Origin: an uncultured Gemmatimonadales bacterium
Lineage (GTDB): Bacteria; Gemmatimonadota; Gemmatimonadetes; Gemmatimonadales; GWC2-71-9
Reading direction: 5' to 3'
Assembly: GCA_963798915.1 (NCBI GenBank)
Contig: CAWCVB010000002.1
Coordinates: forward strand, 576,001-640,000
Length of the DNA: 64,000 nt
Shown here: in pieces, positions 48,233-57,014 of the stretch
How the letters are laid out: every line of letters starts with the position of its first letter
Numbering within the stretch: position 1 is the stretch's first letter
Translations under genes and position numbers: made by a program
The notes under the pieces: model-generated
Told to the model about the DNA's origin: nothing
Database searches by the model: none
What the model saw: only the letters and a program-made list of their open reading frames with translations

Positions 48233-48817
48233 ATGGATGAGAAAGCACGGCTCCGCGCCCAGCTGCTCGAGGAACGCGACCGGGCCAAGGACCGCATGGC
48301 GCACAGCGCGGCGATCGGCCGGCAGGTCACCGGCCTCGAGGAGTATGCCAGGGCAGGCACGATCGCATGGTTTGTGGGGGTCAAGAGTGAAGTCATGACG
48401 CTGCCGATGATCGGCGATGCGCTGGCCGCGCGCCGCCGGGTTGCACTCCCCTGGGTGACGGTCGAAGGCCTCCGGCTGGCGCTGATCGGCTCGCTCGAGG
48501 AAGTGGCGCCGGCGGGCTTTGGCCTGCTGGAGCCGGTCGAGAGCGTCCGGCTCGACCTCGCCCGTGACGTTCCTGCCGACCAGGTCGACTTCTTTGCCGT
48601 GCCGGGCGTGGCGTTTGATCGCGAGGGCGGCCGGCTGGGGCATGGGAAGGGATATTATGATCGCCTGCTCACCGGGGCGCGCCCCGACGCATGCCTGACC
48701 GGTCTCTGTTTCGAGGTACAGGTGGTGGACAAGGTGCCCATGGAGGTTCACGATATCCGGCTCGACATCGTGGTCACCGAACGGGCCATCTATCGTCGCG
48801 CATCAGGGGTGCGCTGA
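48233..48817 (+). CDS. 5-formyltetrahydrofolate cyclo-ligase
   Basis: KARLR, VPGVAFDREGGRLGHGKGYYDR, EVHD..LDIVVTE. Confidence 0.92.
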   Translation: MDEKARLRAQLLEERDRAKDRMAHSAAIGRQVTGLEEYARAGTIAWFVGVKSEVMTLPMIGDALAARRRVALPWVTVEGLRLALIGSLEEVAPAGFGLLEPVESVRLDLARDVPADQVDFFAVPGVAFDREGGRLGHGKGYYDRLLTGARPDACLTGLCFEVQVVDKVPMEVHDIRLDIVVTERAIYRRASGVR

Positions 48818-48845
48818 ACTTGCTTTCGGGTTATATTCGGGTAGT

Positions 48846-49082
48846 ATGTCGTCCGTCAAGATTCGCACTCAAAGGATTCGCAAGACTCCGCGTCCTCACC
48901 CGCACGTTCGCTTCCTCCGGCGGCTTCGAGCCTCCGGGCGGAGCAACATGTATGGTGCGGTGCCTTATCTGATGGAAGCATTTTCCATCGATCGGGCTCA
49001 GGCGTTCCAGGCGGTCTGCGATTTCCTGGACCAGGAAGCGGGGCAGCCCGCGTCCCCAGTCACGGACAGCGGTTCTTCGTAG
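48846..49082 (+). CDS. Small hypothetical protein (LRASGRSNMYGAVPYL motif)
   Basis: 78-aa ORF co-oriented with neighbours; TATATT box just upstream. Confidence 0.65.
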   Translation: MSSVKIRTQRIRKTPRPHPHVRFLRRLRASGRSNMYGAVPYLMEAFSIDRAQAFQAVCDFLDQEAGQPASPVTDSGSS

Positions 49083-49189
49083 CGGCTTCCTAACTGCAGC
49101 ATGGGAAATGGGTTGTGGCGTGGCATGCGCTTCGCATCAGGGAGGAAGGCAGTCAGGGTCTTCGTCTTCACATCACCATCGAGGTTACC

Positions 49190-49630
49190 ATGCCTCTCTC
49201 TTTCTCGCGCTGGCCGGCGGTTGTCGGCGCACTCGCGTTCCTGCCCATGCCACTACTCGCCCAGGTCCGGGCCGACGTCAACGTCCATATCGGTCCTCGG
49301 CCCCGACCGGAAGTTGTCGTCGTTCGGCGACCGCCGGTGCGGCGGGTCGTGGTCGCGCCGCGCATCGTCGTGGTGGACCGCATTCATGACCGTGGCCGGG
49401 GCCGTCGCTCCTCCAACTGGTGGCGGAAGCATGGCTATCGTCCCGTCTCCGTGTACTACGTGAACGGCCGCTATTACGATCGTCGCTTTGATACCCGGGA
49501 CCGGGTGCGCGCGGTGGTGGTGTACGAACGCGGCGGACGATACTATCGGGACTGGAGCGATCGCACTGATCGAGAGGATCGCCAGCGCCGCGATGACCGG
49601 AATGCACAGTACGACCGCGACCGGCGCTGA
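49190..49630 (+). CDS. Secreted Arg/Asp-rich hypothetical protein
   Basis: GAGG RBS, signal peptide ..PLLA-Q; two YxxxGRYY repeats. Confidence 0.7.
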   Translation: MPLSFSRWPAVVGALAFLPMPLLAQVRADVNVHIGPRPRPEVVVVRRPPVRRVVVAPRIVVVDRIHDRGRGRRSSNWWRKHGYRPVSVYYVNGRYYDRRFDTRDRVRAVVVYERGGRYYRDWSDRTDREDRQRRDDRNAQYDRDRR

Positions 49631-49663
49631 GGATAGCTCGGTACCGGCGTCGCTCGCCGGGCG

Positions 49664-49697
49664 AAACCACAGGGGCGCCGTGCCCCTGTGGTTTTTT
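49664..49697 (+). terminator. Rho-independent terminator
   Basis: AAACCACAGGGGC-GCCGT-GCCCCTGTGGTTTTTT. Confidence 0.85.
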
Positions 49698-49732
49698 CGT
49701 GCCACGGCTGCGAGGCGCAGATAAAATCCGGA

Positions 49733-49761
49733 TTGCGGGTGATTCGTCCGGGCAGCATACT
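49733..49761 (+). promoter_or_regulatory. Sigma70-like promoter, probably leaderless
   Basis: TTGCGG-N17-CATACT-N5-ATG(49767); no SD. Confidence 0.5.
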
Positions 49762-49766
49762 CAACC

Positions 49767-50969
49767 ATGCAATCACCATGGCTGGTTGCCGTCGCAGTGG
49801 TGGGATTGTTCGCTGGCTGTCATCGCGAACGCCCCGCTGTTCAGGCACTCCCCGCGATCACCACCTACCGCCAGCTCTGGCAGCAACCCTTCGAGCTCTC
49901 CTCGGCCCGCCGGCGTTCGGTGGCGGTCGCCTCGCCCTGCACCATCTGGCTCGTGGCAGGCGAAGCTTCGACCTGGAGCTGCACCGGCGATTCACTGCGA
50001 ACGTTGCGTCACGGTGAAGGCCCCGGAGAAGTTCAGTATCCCTGGCTCGTGGCCAACTGGAGTCACGATTCCGTGGTCGTCTGGGATGCCTACCTGGCCC
50101 GGCTCTCGATTTTCGATGGCACGGGGGCCTTCGTGCGGAGCGCGCAGCTTCCGATCGTGCTCAACAACGGCATGCGCGTCGCCGGGATTTATCGCCATCA
50201 CGACCAGCTGCATCTCTGGATCAATCCCTTTCCGGTGGCGTTTACCGACTCGGCCCCAGCTTTGCGGGGCCATGTCTGGGCGGTGAAGGAAGGCGCTCCG
50301 CAGCTTGACGATTCGCTCATTTCGTTCGACGGCCCGCGTTCCACGATCATGCAGGAAGGCCAGACCTACTCGCGGGTAGATGCGCCGGTGCGGCGCAAGC
50401 CGTTGGTCGCGGTGCTGGGTGACGGGACTACGCTCGTGGCATCGAGTGGTTCGGACACGGTATGGGTCCATGATTGGACCGGGAAGCTGCGGGACACCCT
50501 GGTGCTGGACCTTCCCGCCGAGGCCGTGACGGAAGAGGACCACACGAAGTACGCCGACTCCATTCGTGAATCATTCCGCGAGGAGCTGGCGGGCCAGCCC
50601 TATCCGGCGGATCTCAAGAAATTCTTCATGCAGCGCGCCGAGGATATCGCGAGGGCCGGCGAGTGGCCCACGACGCGCCAGCGCATCGATCTGCTGGTGG
50701 CAGGTGAAGGCGACAACGTCTGGATCCTGCGTCCCGGCTTTGGAACGTCGCACGAACGGGAGTGGCGCGTCCATGGCCTCGATGGCAGGGTCCGGCGCGT
50801 GCTGCATGTGCCGCACTGGGGCAGTGTCGCGGCGGCGGCAGTCCACGGCGACACGCTCACGACCGTGGAATTTCGCTTCGGCGCCGATTCGACGGTGGTG
50901 GCGCGGTATGATGGTCTCGAGTCGCGGGATGCAGATTATCAGTCGAGCGGCTCGAACCGCATCAGATAG
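49767..50969 (+). CDS. Lipoprotein, probable 6-bladed beta-propeller
   Basis: Lipobox FAGC; GEGPGE, DSVVVWD, SIFDGTGAFVRS. Confidence 0.75.
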   Translation: MQSPWLVAVAVVGLFAGCHRERPAVQALPAITTYRQLWQQPFELSSARRRSVAVASPCTIWLVAGEASTWSCTGDSLRTLRHGEGPGEVQYPWLVANWSHDSVVVWDAYLARLSIFDGTGAFVRSAQLPIVLNNGMRVAGIYRHHDQLHLWINPFPVAFTDSAPALRGHVWAVKEGAPQLDDSLISFDGPRSTIMQEGQTYSRVDAPVRRKPLVAVLGDGTTLVASSGSDTVWVHDWTGKLRDTLVLDLPAEAVTEEDHTKYADSIRESFREELAGQPYPADLKKFFMQRAEDIARAGEWPTTRQRIDLLVAGEGDNVWILRPGFGTSHEREWRVHGLDGRVRRVLHVPHWGSVAAAAVHGDTLTTVEFRFGADSTVVARYDGLESRDADYQSSGSNRIR

Positions 50970-51009
50970 GGACCAAGGCCCATAAGGCTTCAGGTACGCT
51001 GAGTCACCG

Positions 51010-51049
51010 GGGTGAGCCCTCATGGATTCCGACTTTCGTCGGAATGACG
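51010..51049 (-). repeat. CGTC-tagged REP-like palindrome, copy 2
   Basis: CGTCATTCCGACGAAAGTCGGAATCCATGAGGGCTCACCC; 35/40 identical to copy 1. Confidence 0.8.
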
Positions 51050-51070
51050 AAAATTGAGTATCGTCGCGCA

Positions 51071-51126
51071 CGACCCACGACCCACGACCCACGACCCACG
51101 ACCCACGACCCACGACCCACGACCCG
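51071..51126. repeat. (CGACCCA)7 + CGACCCG heptamer array
   Basis: 8 units counted immediately upstream of the helicase -10 box. Confidence 0.95.
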
Positions 51127-51141
51127 TCTTATCTTCCAGCC

Positions 51142-53706
51142 ATGGCCCCCGTCCGCGACCACTCGCTCCCGCCTGATCCTGACGCCTTTCGCCAGGCCCG
51201 CCCCACCAGGGGCCGCATCATTGTCATTGCCCCGACCCGCGCCGCCTGCGAGACCATCGAGCTGGCGCTGGGCCTCCGCATCGAAACCCTGCTGGAGCGC
51301 GAGCACGGCGAGGAACTGCGGCACTGGGCTGCTGAGGGCAAGGGGTTCGGCATCGTGGCCGGCACCGGGACGGGGAAGACACTCGGGATCCGCCCGATTG
51401 CCGAGACGATTGTCGAGGTACCGCTTCGTGTCGGTGTGGTCAATCGCGAACGCGAAGCCACGCCGGAGACGCCGGGCTGGAACGTGGTGATCGTCACGAC
51501 CGGCATTGCCCGTCGCTGGTTCGAAGACGACCTGATCAGCGCTGCCGATACCATCATTGTCGACGAAATCCACCAGACCTCGGCCGAACTCGAGCTCTGC
51601 CTGGCCTTGGGGAAGCGTGCCGGGTGCCGGTTCATCTGGCTCAGTGCCACGGTGGACCCCACGTTTTACGCGCGCTACCTCGGCAGCAGCGAGGTGCTGG
51701 AGACGTCCGCCTTCGATCCGAATCTGCGGGCGCGCGTCGAGGTTGTGCCCCAGAAGCCGCTCGAGTTCCTGGACGCCCGCTTTGTGCGCAAGCTGATCAA
51801 GGAACGGCGGGGAGTCGCGGTCTTTGTTCCCACGCGCGCGGAAGTCGAGCATCTGGCTGTGGAGCTGGGCGAGCAGTGGAAGCGCCTGACCACTGCGTTC
51901 TATCATGGCGGCGAACCCGTTCGCGTCATCCGGCCGTTTCTCGAGGGTGAGGTGGAGCACCCATGGCTCCTGGCCATGACGGCGGCTGGGCAGAGTGCGC
52001 TGAACCTGCGGGGACTCGACACCGTCGTGATCTACGATGCGCGCTACGGGAACGTGGTCGAGCGCGGCCGCAACGTGCTGCACCGGCTCTACCTCGGTCC
52101 CAATGAGATCCTGCAGATGGCCGGGCGGGTTCACGGGCGTGTGCCGAATGGGGAAGTCTGGATCCTGAGCGATCGGGATCTTTCCTTCGACGACCTCCGG
52201 CCGGGTCCGCCCGAATTCCAGCTGGCTGGTGACGCGGAGCGGGTGGCAGTCACCTGTGCCGCCATTGGTGTCGATGCCTCGGATCTGGACCTGCCAGTCG
52301 CGCTCGACCGCGTGGCGTATCGCAAGGCGATTGAGCTTCTCACATCGCGGGGCCTGATCGAGCGCGGCCGCCTTACCAGGTACGGACGGGATGTTGAAGC
52401 CATGCCGGTCGAGCGCGACTGGGGCGAACTGCTGGTGCAGATGGACGACGCCCTGGCGCCGGTCATTGCCGTGTGCGCCAGCATCGACTCACTGCACCGC
52501 ATGACGCGAGATGAGCGCGATCTTCACGGCATGGTGGCCAACGGCAGCGATCACCTGACGGCCTACAACCTCTACGCCGAAGCTGTCAATCAGCACGGCT
52601 ACCTGGGCGAGGTATATGGGCTTCCGCGTCACCTCTTCGAGGATGGGCTGGCGGACTGGGCCGATCGGCGGGGAGTGCTGGTCAAGGCCGTCGAGGACGC
52701 GGCGCTGGGCATGGCCTCGGTGTATCGCGCATTGGAGATGCCGCTGCCTTCAACCCTTCCCCATGCGTCCAAGGAGGTGCGGCAAGCCTTCTCCGAGCTG
52801 GTCGCACGCGTGATGCCGTTTGACCTGGTCATCGATGGCCATACCGCGGATGGCCAGGAGGCGCGGGTCTCCAAGACCTCAGTGGCCGGAAGTTGGGGCG
52901 CCGTCGCGGGCCGCCTCCGATTCTTTGCCGATCGCTTTGGTGTCCCGCGTGCTGCCATCGAGGGCACCACGCTTTCCTACAGCCTGATCCAGGAGCACGC
53001 CACCTGGGGACCGGCGAGATTCAGTGTAGGGGGACCGAGGAAGCACCAGCGAGTGACGCTTTCACGCACGCGGGAATATTTCGGGTTTGACCTCGACGTG
53101 GATACCCAGCAGTTGGAGGGCAGGTTTCCGCCGGAATGGCACGAGGCTGCGCTGGATTCGCTGGCGCACGCCCTCGCTGAGGGCGAAACCGTACACCCGG
53201 GACAGAGCCGCCTGCGCCGCATGCTCGAGCGCGTCGATGAATATTGGCGTCGCTCGGGCGGCACGCTGCCCCAGGTGGCGCCGGCGCAGCTCCGGCAATT
53301 GCTCCGGCAGCAGCTCAATAGTGCCGGCGTCAACAGCTGGGAGAGCTTTCTCCGGGCCGATATCGCGCTGGACATCGACGCGCTCGTGCCGCCGCGCACT
53401 CGGGAGCAGCTCGACGCGCTGCCCTCCAGTGTGCGGCTCATGGGTGACGTGGTTCCGCTGACCTACGAGATGCTGGATGGGGAGCCTGCCGTCCGGCTGA
53501 CCATGCGCGACGGCCAGGCGCGCCGGATCCGCCCCGCCGACCTGCCGACTACTGACCGAAGACTGGTCTTTGCACTGCGCAGAGGAAATCACGCGCCGCT
53601 GGTCGCAGACTCGCTGGAGAAGCTGCGGGAACTCATGAAGCACGAATCGGGGCAGCGTGGGCGCCAGCGACGGGGGCCGCCGTCCAGGGATCGGCGACGA
53701 CGCTGA
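51142..53706 (+). CDS. HrpA/HrpB-like DExH-box helicase with permuted N-terminal motifs
   Basis: APTRAA (Ia) precedes GTGTGKT (I); DEIH, SAT, VFVPTRAE, QMAGRVHGR, HA2-like GRLTRYGRDVEAMPV. Confidence 0.88.
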   Translation: MAPVRDHSLPPDPDAFRQARPTRGRIIVIAPTRAACETIELALGLRIETLLEREHGEELRHWAAEGKGFGIVAGTGTGKTLGIRPIAETIVEVPLRVGVVNREREATPETPGWNVVIVTTGIARRWFEDDLISAADTIIVDEIHQTSAELELCLALGKRAGCRFIWLSATVDPTFYARYLGSSEVLETSAFDPNLRARVEVVPQKPLEFLDARFVRKLIKERRGVAVFVPTRAEVEHLAVELGEQWKRLTTAFYHGGEPVRVIRPFLEGEVEHPWLLAMTAAGQSALNLRGLDTVVIYDARYGNVVERGRNVLHRLYLGPNEILQMAGRVHGRVPNGEVWILSDRDLSFDDLRPGPPEFQLAGDAERVAVTCAAIGVDASDLDLPVALDRVAYRKAIELLTSRGLIERGRLTRYGRDVEAMPVERDWGELLVQMDDALAPVIAVCASIDSLHRMTRDERDLHGMVANGSDHLTAYNLYAEAVNQHGYLGEVYGLPRHLFEDGLADWADRRGVLVKAVEDAALGMASVYRALEMPLPSTLPHASKEVRQAFSELVARVMPFDLVIDGHTADGQEARVSKTSVAGSWGAVAGRLRFFADRFGVPRAAIEGTTLSYSLIQEHATWGPARFSVGGPRKHQRVTLSRTREYFGFDLDVDTQQLEGRFPPEWHEAALDSLAHALAEGETVHPGQSRLRRMLERVDEYWRRSGGTLPQVAPAQLRQLLRQQLNSAGVNSWESFLRADIALDIDALVPPRTREQLDALPSSVRLMGDVVPLTYEMLDGEPAVRLTMRDGQARRIRPADLPTTDRRLVFALRRGNHAPLVADSLEKLRELMKHESGQRGRQRRGPPSRDRRRR

Positions 53707-54249
53707 TCAGCCCAGCATCGCCAGCCAGATTCGGTCGTACGCCTCTCGTGCCGCTTCCTTCTTTGCGCCTCGCGCCAGCGCCGCTTCGAGCGCATCCAGC
53801 ACCAGCAGCAGGGTCGTTGCCCGGTCCTCGCGCACCGGCGGAAACTCCAGCGCCTCGCCGCACGCAACACCGAATGCACTGAGTTCGCCCGCCGCAAAGC
53901 CCATCGCCTCACGGATCTCGGCGGCGCTCTCGAGACCAAGTTCGAGCCACGCCCTGCTCGCGCCGCGCGCGGCATCCTCCTGCATCAGCAGCCAGAGATC
54001 GTCCAGTGCCCGCGTTCCGCGACGCCGCAGCGCGGCAGTGCGGCGAGTGATCTGGTCCCTTGCCAGTTCACCTGCAATGGCGGCGAGCAGCGCCGCGCGG
54101 GTGCCGAAATGATAGTGCACCAGGCCCTTGGCACAGCCTGCCTCACGAGCCACCTGGTCCATGCTCCAGCCATGGAGGCCCTTCGCGATGAGCAGACCCT
54201 CCGCTGCCGCGACGATGCGCGCACGCCGCGAAGCCGCGGGTGTGGGCAT
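53707..54249 (-). CDS. TetR/AcrR family transcriptional regulator
   Basis: RARIVAAAE..SMDQVAREAGCAKGLVHYHFGTR. Confidence 0.9.
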   Translation of the reverse strand: MPTPAASRRARIVAAAEGLLIAKGLHGWSMDQVAREAGCAKGLVHYHFGTRAALLAAIAGELARDQITRRTAALRRRGTRALDDLWLLMQEDAARGASRAWLELGLESAAEIREAMGFAAGELSAFGVACGEALEFPPVREDRATTLLLVLDALEAALARGAKKEAAREAYDRIWLAMLG

Positions 54250-54587
54250 CAGCCCGCCGCGCCGGGGTCCGTGCTCGCGTGCGCCATCGCGGATTCGCGA
54301 TCCACCCGGGCGCACATGGCGTCGCAGAGGTTGGTCGTCTCCTCATCCGCAAGGGCATACCACACGTAGAGGCCCTCCCGGCGGCGGGAGACGAATGCAG
54401 CGGAATGCAGCAGCTGAAGATGCTTGGACAAGTTGGCCTGCCCCAGGCCGGTCAGTTCCACCAGCTGGCTCACCGTGAGTTCGGGACAGCGGCGGAGCAC
54501 ATCGAGGATGCGGAGGCGTGCCGGCTCGCCCAGTATGCGGAAGCGCTCTGCCACCTGGCGCAGGGCGGCGTCGGACAGGCCGCTCAT
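54249..54587 (-). CDS. ArsR/SmtB family transcriptional regulator
   Basis: FRILGEPARLRILD, QANLSKHLQLL, RREG..VWY; Cys in RRCPE and LCDAMC. Confidence 0.9.
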   Translation of the reverse strand: MSGLSDAALRQVAERFRILGEPARLRILDVLRRCPELTVSQLVELTGLGQANLSKHLQLLHSAAFVSRRREGLYVWYALADEETTNLCDAMCARVDRESAMAHASTDPGAAG

Positions 54588-56017
54588 GTGTCGGCCGTCT
54601 CCATGTCCCGTTCGATCGGCAGTCCCGCGGCACGCCACCCCTGAATGCCCCCCTTGAGATTGGTCACGTTTCCGAAGCCATGCGCCTGCAGCAGGGCCGA
54701 AGCAATGCTTGATCGACTGCCAGTCTGGCATTGGAGCGCCAGTGGTCGGTCCCGTGGCAGCTCACCAAGCCGGGTTGGCAGTTCGCCGAGCGGAATGTGC
54801 ACCGCACCGGGAATGTGGCCACCCTCCCATTCCGTTCGTCCCCGCACATCGACAATGGTCAGGTCGCGCTGTTCCGCAGCCACTTCAGCTGCGCTGGCCT
54901 GCGGGACGGTCTCGAGCAGCCCTGGATTGGCGCGCTGGTCGAACACCTCGTTCCCGTAGACGCCCGCCACGCGGTCCAGTCCAATCATGGCGAGCGCACG
55001 CACGGCGTCGGCGGACCCGGAAGCGCCGGCTGGGCTGATGAGGTAAAGGTCGCGGTCGTATGGCAGCAGCGACCCGGCCCAGGTGCTGAAGGCGCGGTTC
55101 AATGGAATGCTGAGCGTGCCGGGAATGTGCCCGCTTGCAAACGCGGCGGCCGGCCGGAGGTCAACCACGATACCGCCCTTTTCGAGGACACCGGGCAGTG
55201 AGGCCGGTGGACGGTCGGGTGGCGTTGGCCAGCTGGCCAGGACCCGGGGTCCGTCCCGGTTGATGCGTTTCATCTCCGCAAAGTAGGCCGGCGGTTCCGG
55301 CTGGCCGGCAAGCACCGCCTGCACGAACTCATCTTCGTCGCTGATGCCGAAAGCCCAGTTCACCACGCGTTCATACCCGAGGGTCGTCTGGGGCACGGCG
55401 CCCAGTGCCTTGCCGCAGGCTGAACCGGCGCCGTGTCCCGGCCAGAGCTGGAGATAATCCGGCAGCTCGGCAAATCGCTGCAACGAACGGAACAAGGTTC
55501 GCGCGCTCGATTCCATTGTGCCCGCCATGTGGGCCGCACGCTCGAGCAGATCGGGTCGGCCCACGTCCCCGACAAAAATGAAATCCCCGGTGAAGGCCCC
55601 CATCGGCCTGCCAGTGGCCGGGGTGTCGGTGACCAGGAACGTCAGGTGCTCTGGCGTGTGTCCTGGTGTGTGCCTGACATCGAAGCGCAGGTTGCCAACC
55701 ATGAAGTGGTCGCCATCGTGCAGCAGGCGTGCCCCGTCCGATGCAGCGAACGCGTACTGCCATCCGGGCCCCCCTTCGGCCGAGAGCAGCACTTGAGCTC
55801 CGGTGCGGGCGGCGAGTTCACGAGTCCCGCTCACGAAATCGGCGTGGATATGGGTCTCGGTCACCTGGGTGATGCGGAGTCCTTCGGCGGCGGCCGCCGT
55901 CACGTACTGGTCCGCGTCCCGCAAGGGATCGAGCACCAGTGCCTCACCCGTGGCCTGGCATCCGACGAGGTAGCTGGCCTGCGCCAGGGCTTCGTCGTAG
56001 AACCGCTTCAGCAGCAT
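54584..56017 (-). CDS. MBL-fold persulfide dioxygenase - rhodanese fusion (CstB-like)
   Basis: ETHIHADF, GDVGRPDL, WPGHGAGSACGK, central pseudo-rhodanese, C-terminal CQTGSRS. Confidence 0.9.
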   Translation of the reverse strand: MLLKRFYDEALAQASYLVGCQATGEALVLDPLRDADQYVTAAAAEGLRITQVTETHIHADFVSGTRELAARTGAQVLLSAEGGPGWQYAFAASDGARLLHDGDHFMVGNLRFDVRHTPGHTPEHLTFLVTDTPATGRPMGAFTGDFIFVGDVGRPDLLERAAHMAGTMESSARTLFRSLQRFAELPDYLQLWPGHGAGSACGKALGAVPQTTLGYERVVNWAFGISDEDEFVQAVLAGQPEPPAYFAEMKRINRDGPRVLASWPTPPDRPPASLPGVLEKGGIVVDLRPAAAFASGHIPGTLSIPLNRAFSTWAGSLLPYDRDLYLISPAGASGSADAVRALAMIGLDRVAGVYGNEVFDQRANPGLLETVPQASAAEVAAEQRDLTIVDVRGRTEWEGGHIPGAVHIPLGELPTRLGELPRDRPLALQCQTGSRSSIASALLQAHGFGNVTNLKGGIQGWRAAGLPIERDMETADT

Positions 56018-56033
56018 GAGGACTCCGATGTGA

Positions 56034-56833
56034 TCAGTGGGACTGCTCCACAGCGGCACGCTCGGCCTGGCGATGGAACACTCCCCGGTTCTGGTAGAAG
56101 ACAAATGCGCCTACAACGAGGAGGAACAGCGCGAAGGCGCGCTTCAGCTGGGCGGGAGATGCCGCGCGCACCAGTCTGGTGCCCGCCAATATCCCGAGGA
56201 TGGCGACAGCCGTGAAGCCCGCGACCGTTCCCCACGGCACCGCCACCCGGCCGGCATATCCGATGTACGCGGAGACAGTGTTCATGCTGATGATGACCAG
56301 CGAACTGCCCACCGCCTGCTTCATCGGAACCCGGGCCAGCAGCGCCAGGGCTGGCACGATCAGGAATCCACCGCCGATGCCCAGCAGGCCCGTGAGCACA
56401 CCGACACCCAGGGCGGTCAGCGCCAGGAGTGGCAGGGAGAACGGCTGGCCCTCTCCCTCCGCCACCACCTTGCGACCGCCGGCGTTGCGAAACATCGAGA
56501 CGGCGGCAATGAACATGACGGCCCCGAGCAGCAGCAGTTGCAGCTGCCCGCTCATGAGCGGCGCAATCAGGGCCGCCGAGCCGTACGACCCGGCCATGGC
56601 GACGGCGCCGAAGAGCAGGGCGGTGCGCCACTGGACATTGCCGTGCCGCCAGTGTGCCAGCGCGCCGACCAGGCTGGTGCCTCCCACCACCGGAAAGCTC
56701 ATGGCGATGGCGCGCTTGGCCTCGAAGCCCATGACATAGACGAAAATCGGCACCGTGAGGGTGGACCCCCCCCGCCCAGCGTGCCGAGCGACAGTCCAAT
56801 CAGGGCGCCGAGGAGCAGACCGAGGACCAGCAT
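56034..56833 (-). CDS. TauE/SafE sulfite exporter; one G short in G8 tract (C8 at 56766-56773 on plus strand)
   Basis: MLVLGLLLGALIGLSLGTLGGGG joins STLTVPIFVY if the tract is G9; second GIGGGFLIVP repeat intact. Confidence 0.88.
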
Positions 56834-56864
56834 CGGCACTCCGGGCGAGAGAACTATATTGCTT

Positions 56865-56909
56865 ACATTACCAGCCGGTTATATTGTGGGTGATATGGGT
56901 CACTGTCAA
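56865..56909 (-). promoter_or_regulatory. Sigma70 promoter with overlapping imperfect palindrome (candidate ArsR operator)
   Basis: Minus strand TTGACA-N17-CAATAT; ATATAACC-N4-GGTAATGT at 56884-56865. Confidence 0.6.
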
Positions 56910-57014
56910 GCACTGTGTCACGATGCACCATTAAGACGACTCCCATGCAAGCGGGTTGGGAGCGGTCATTGTATCGAACTGAAACTTCCGACCACGTGAG
57001 GCGTATACTGACAC

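Noticed and set aside
51142..53706. Anti-phage defence island around the helicase
   Set aside because: No nuclease, methylase, toxin or integrase neighbours and no evident compositional shift.
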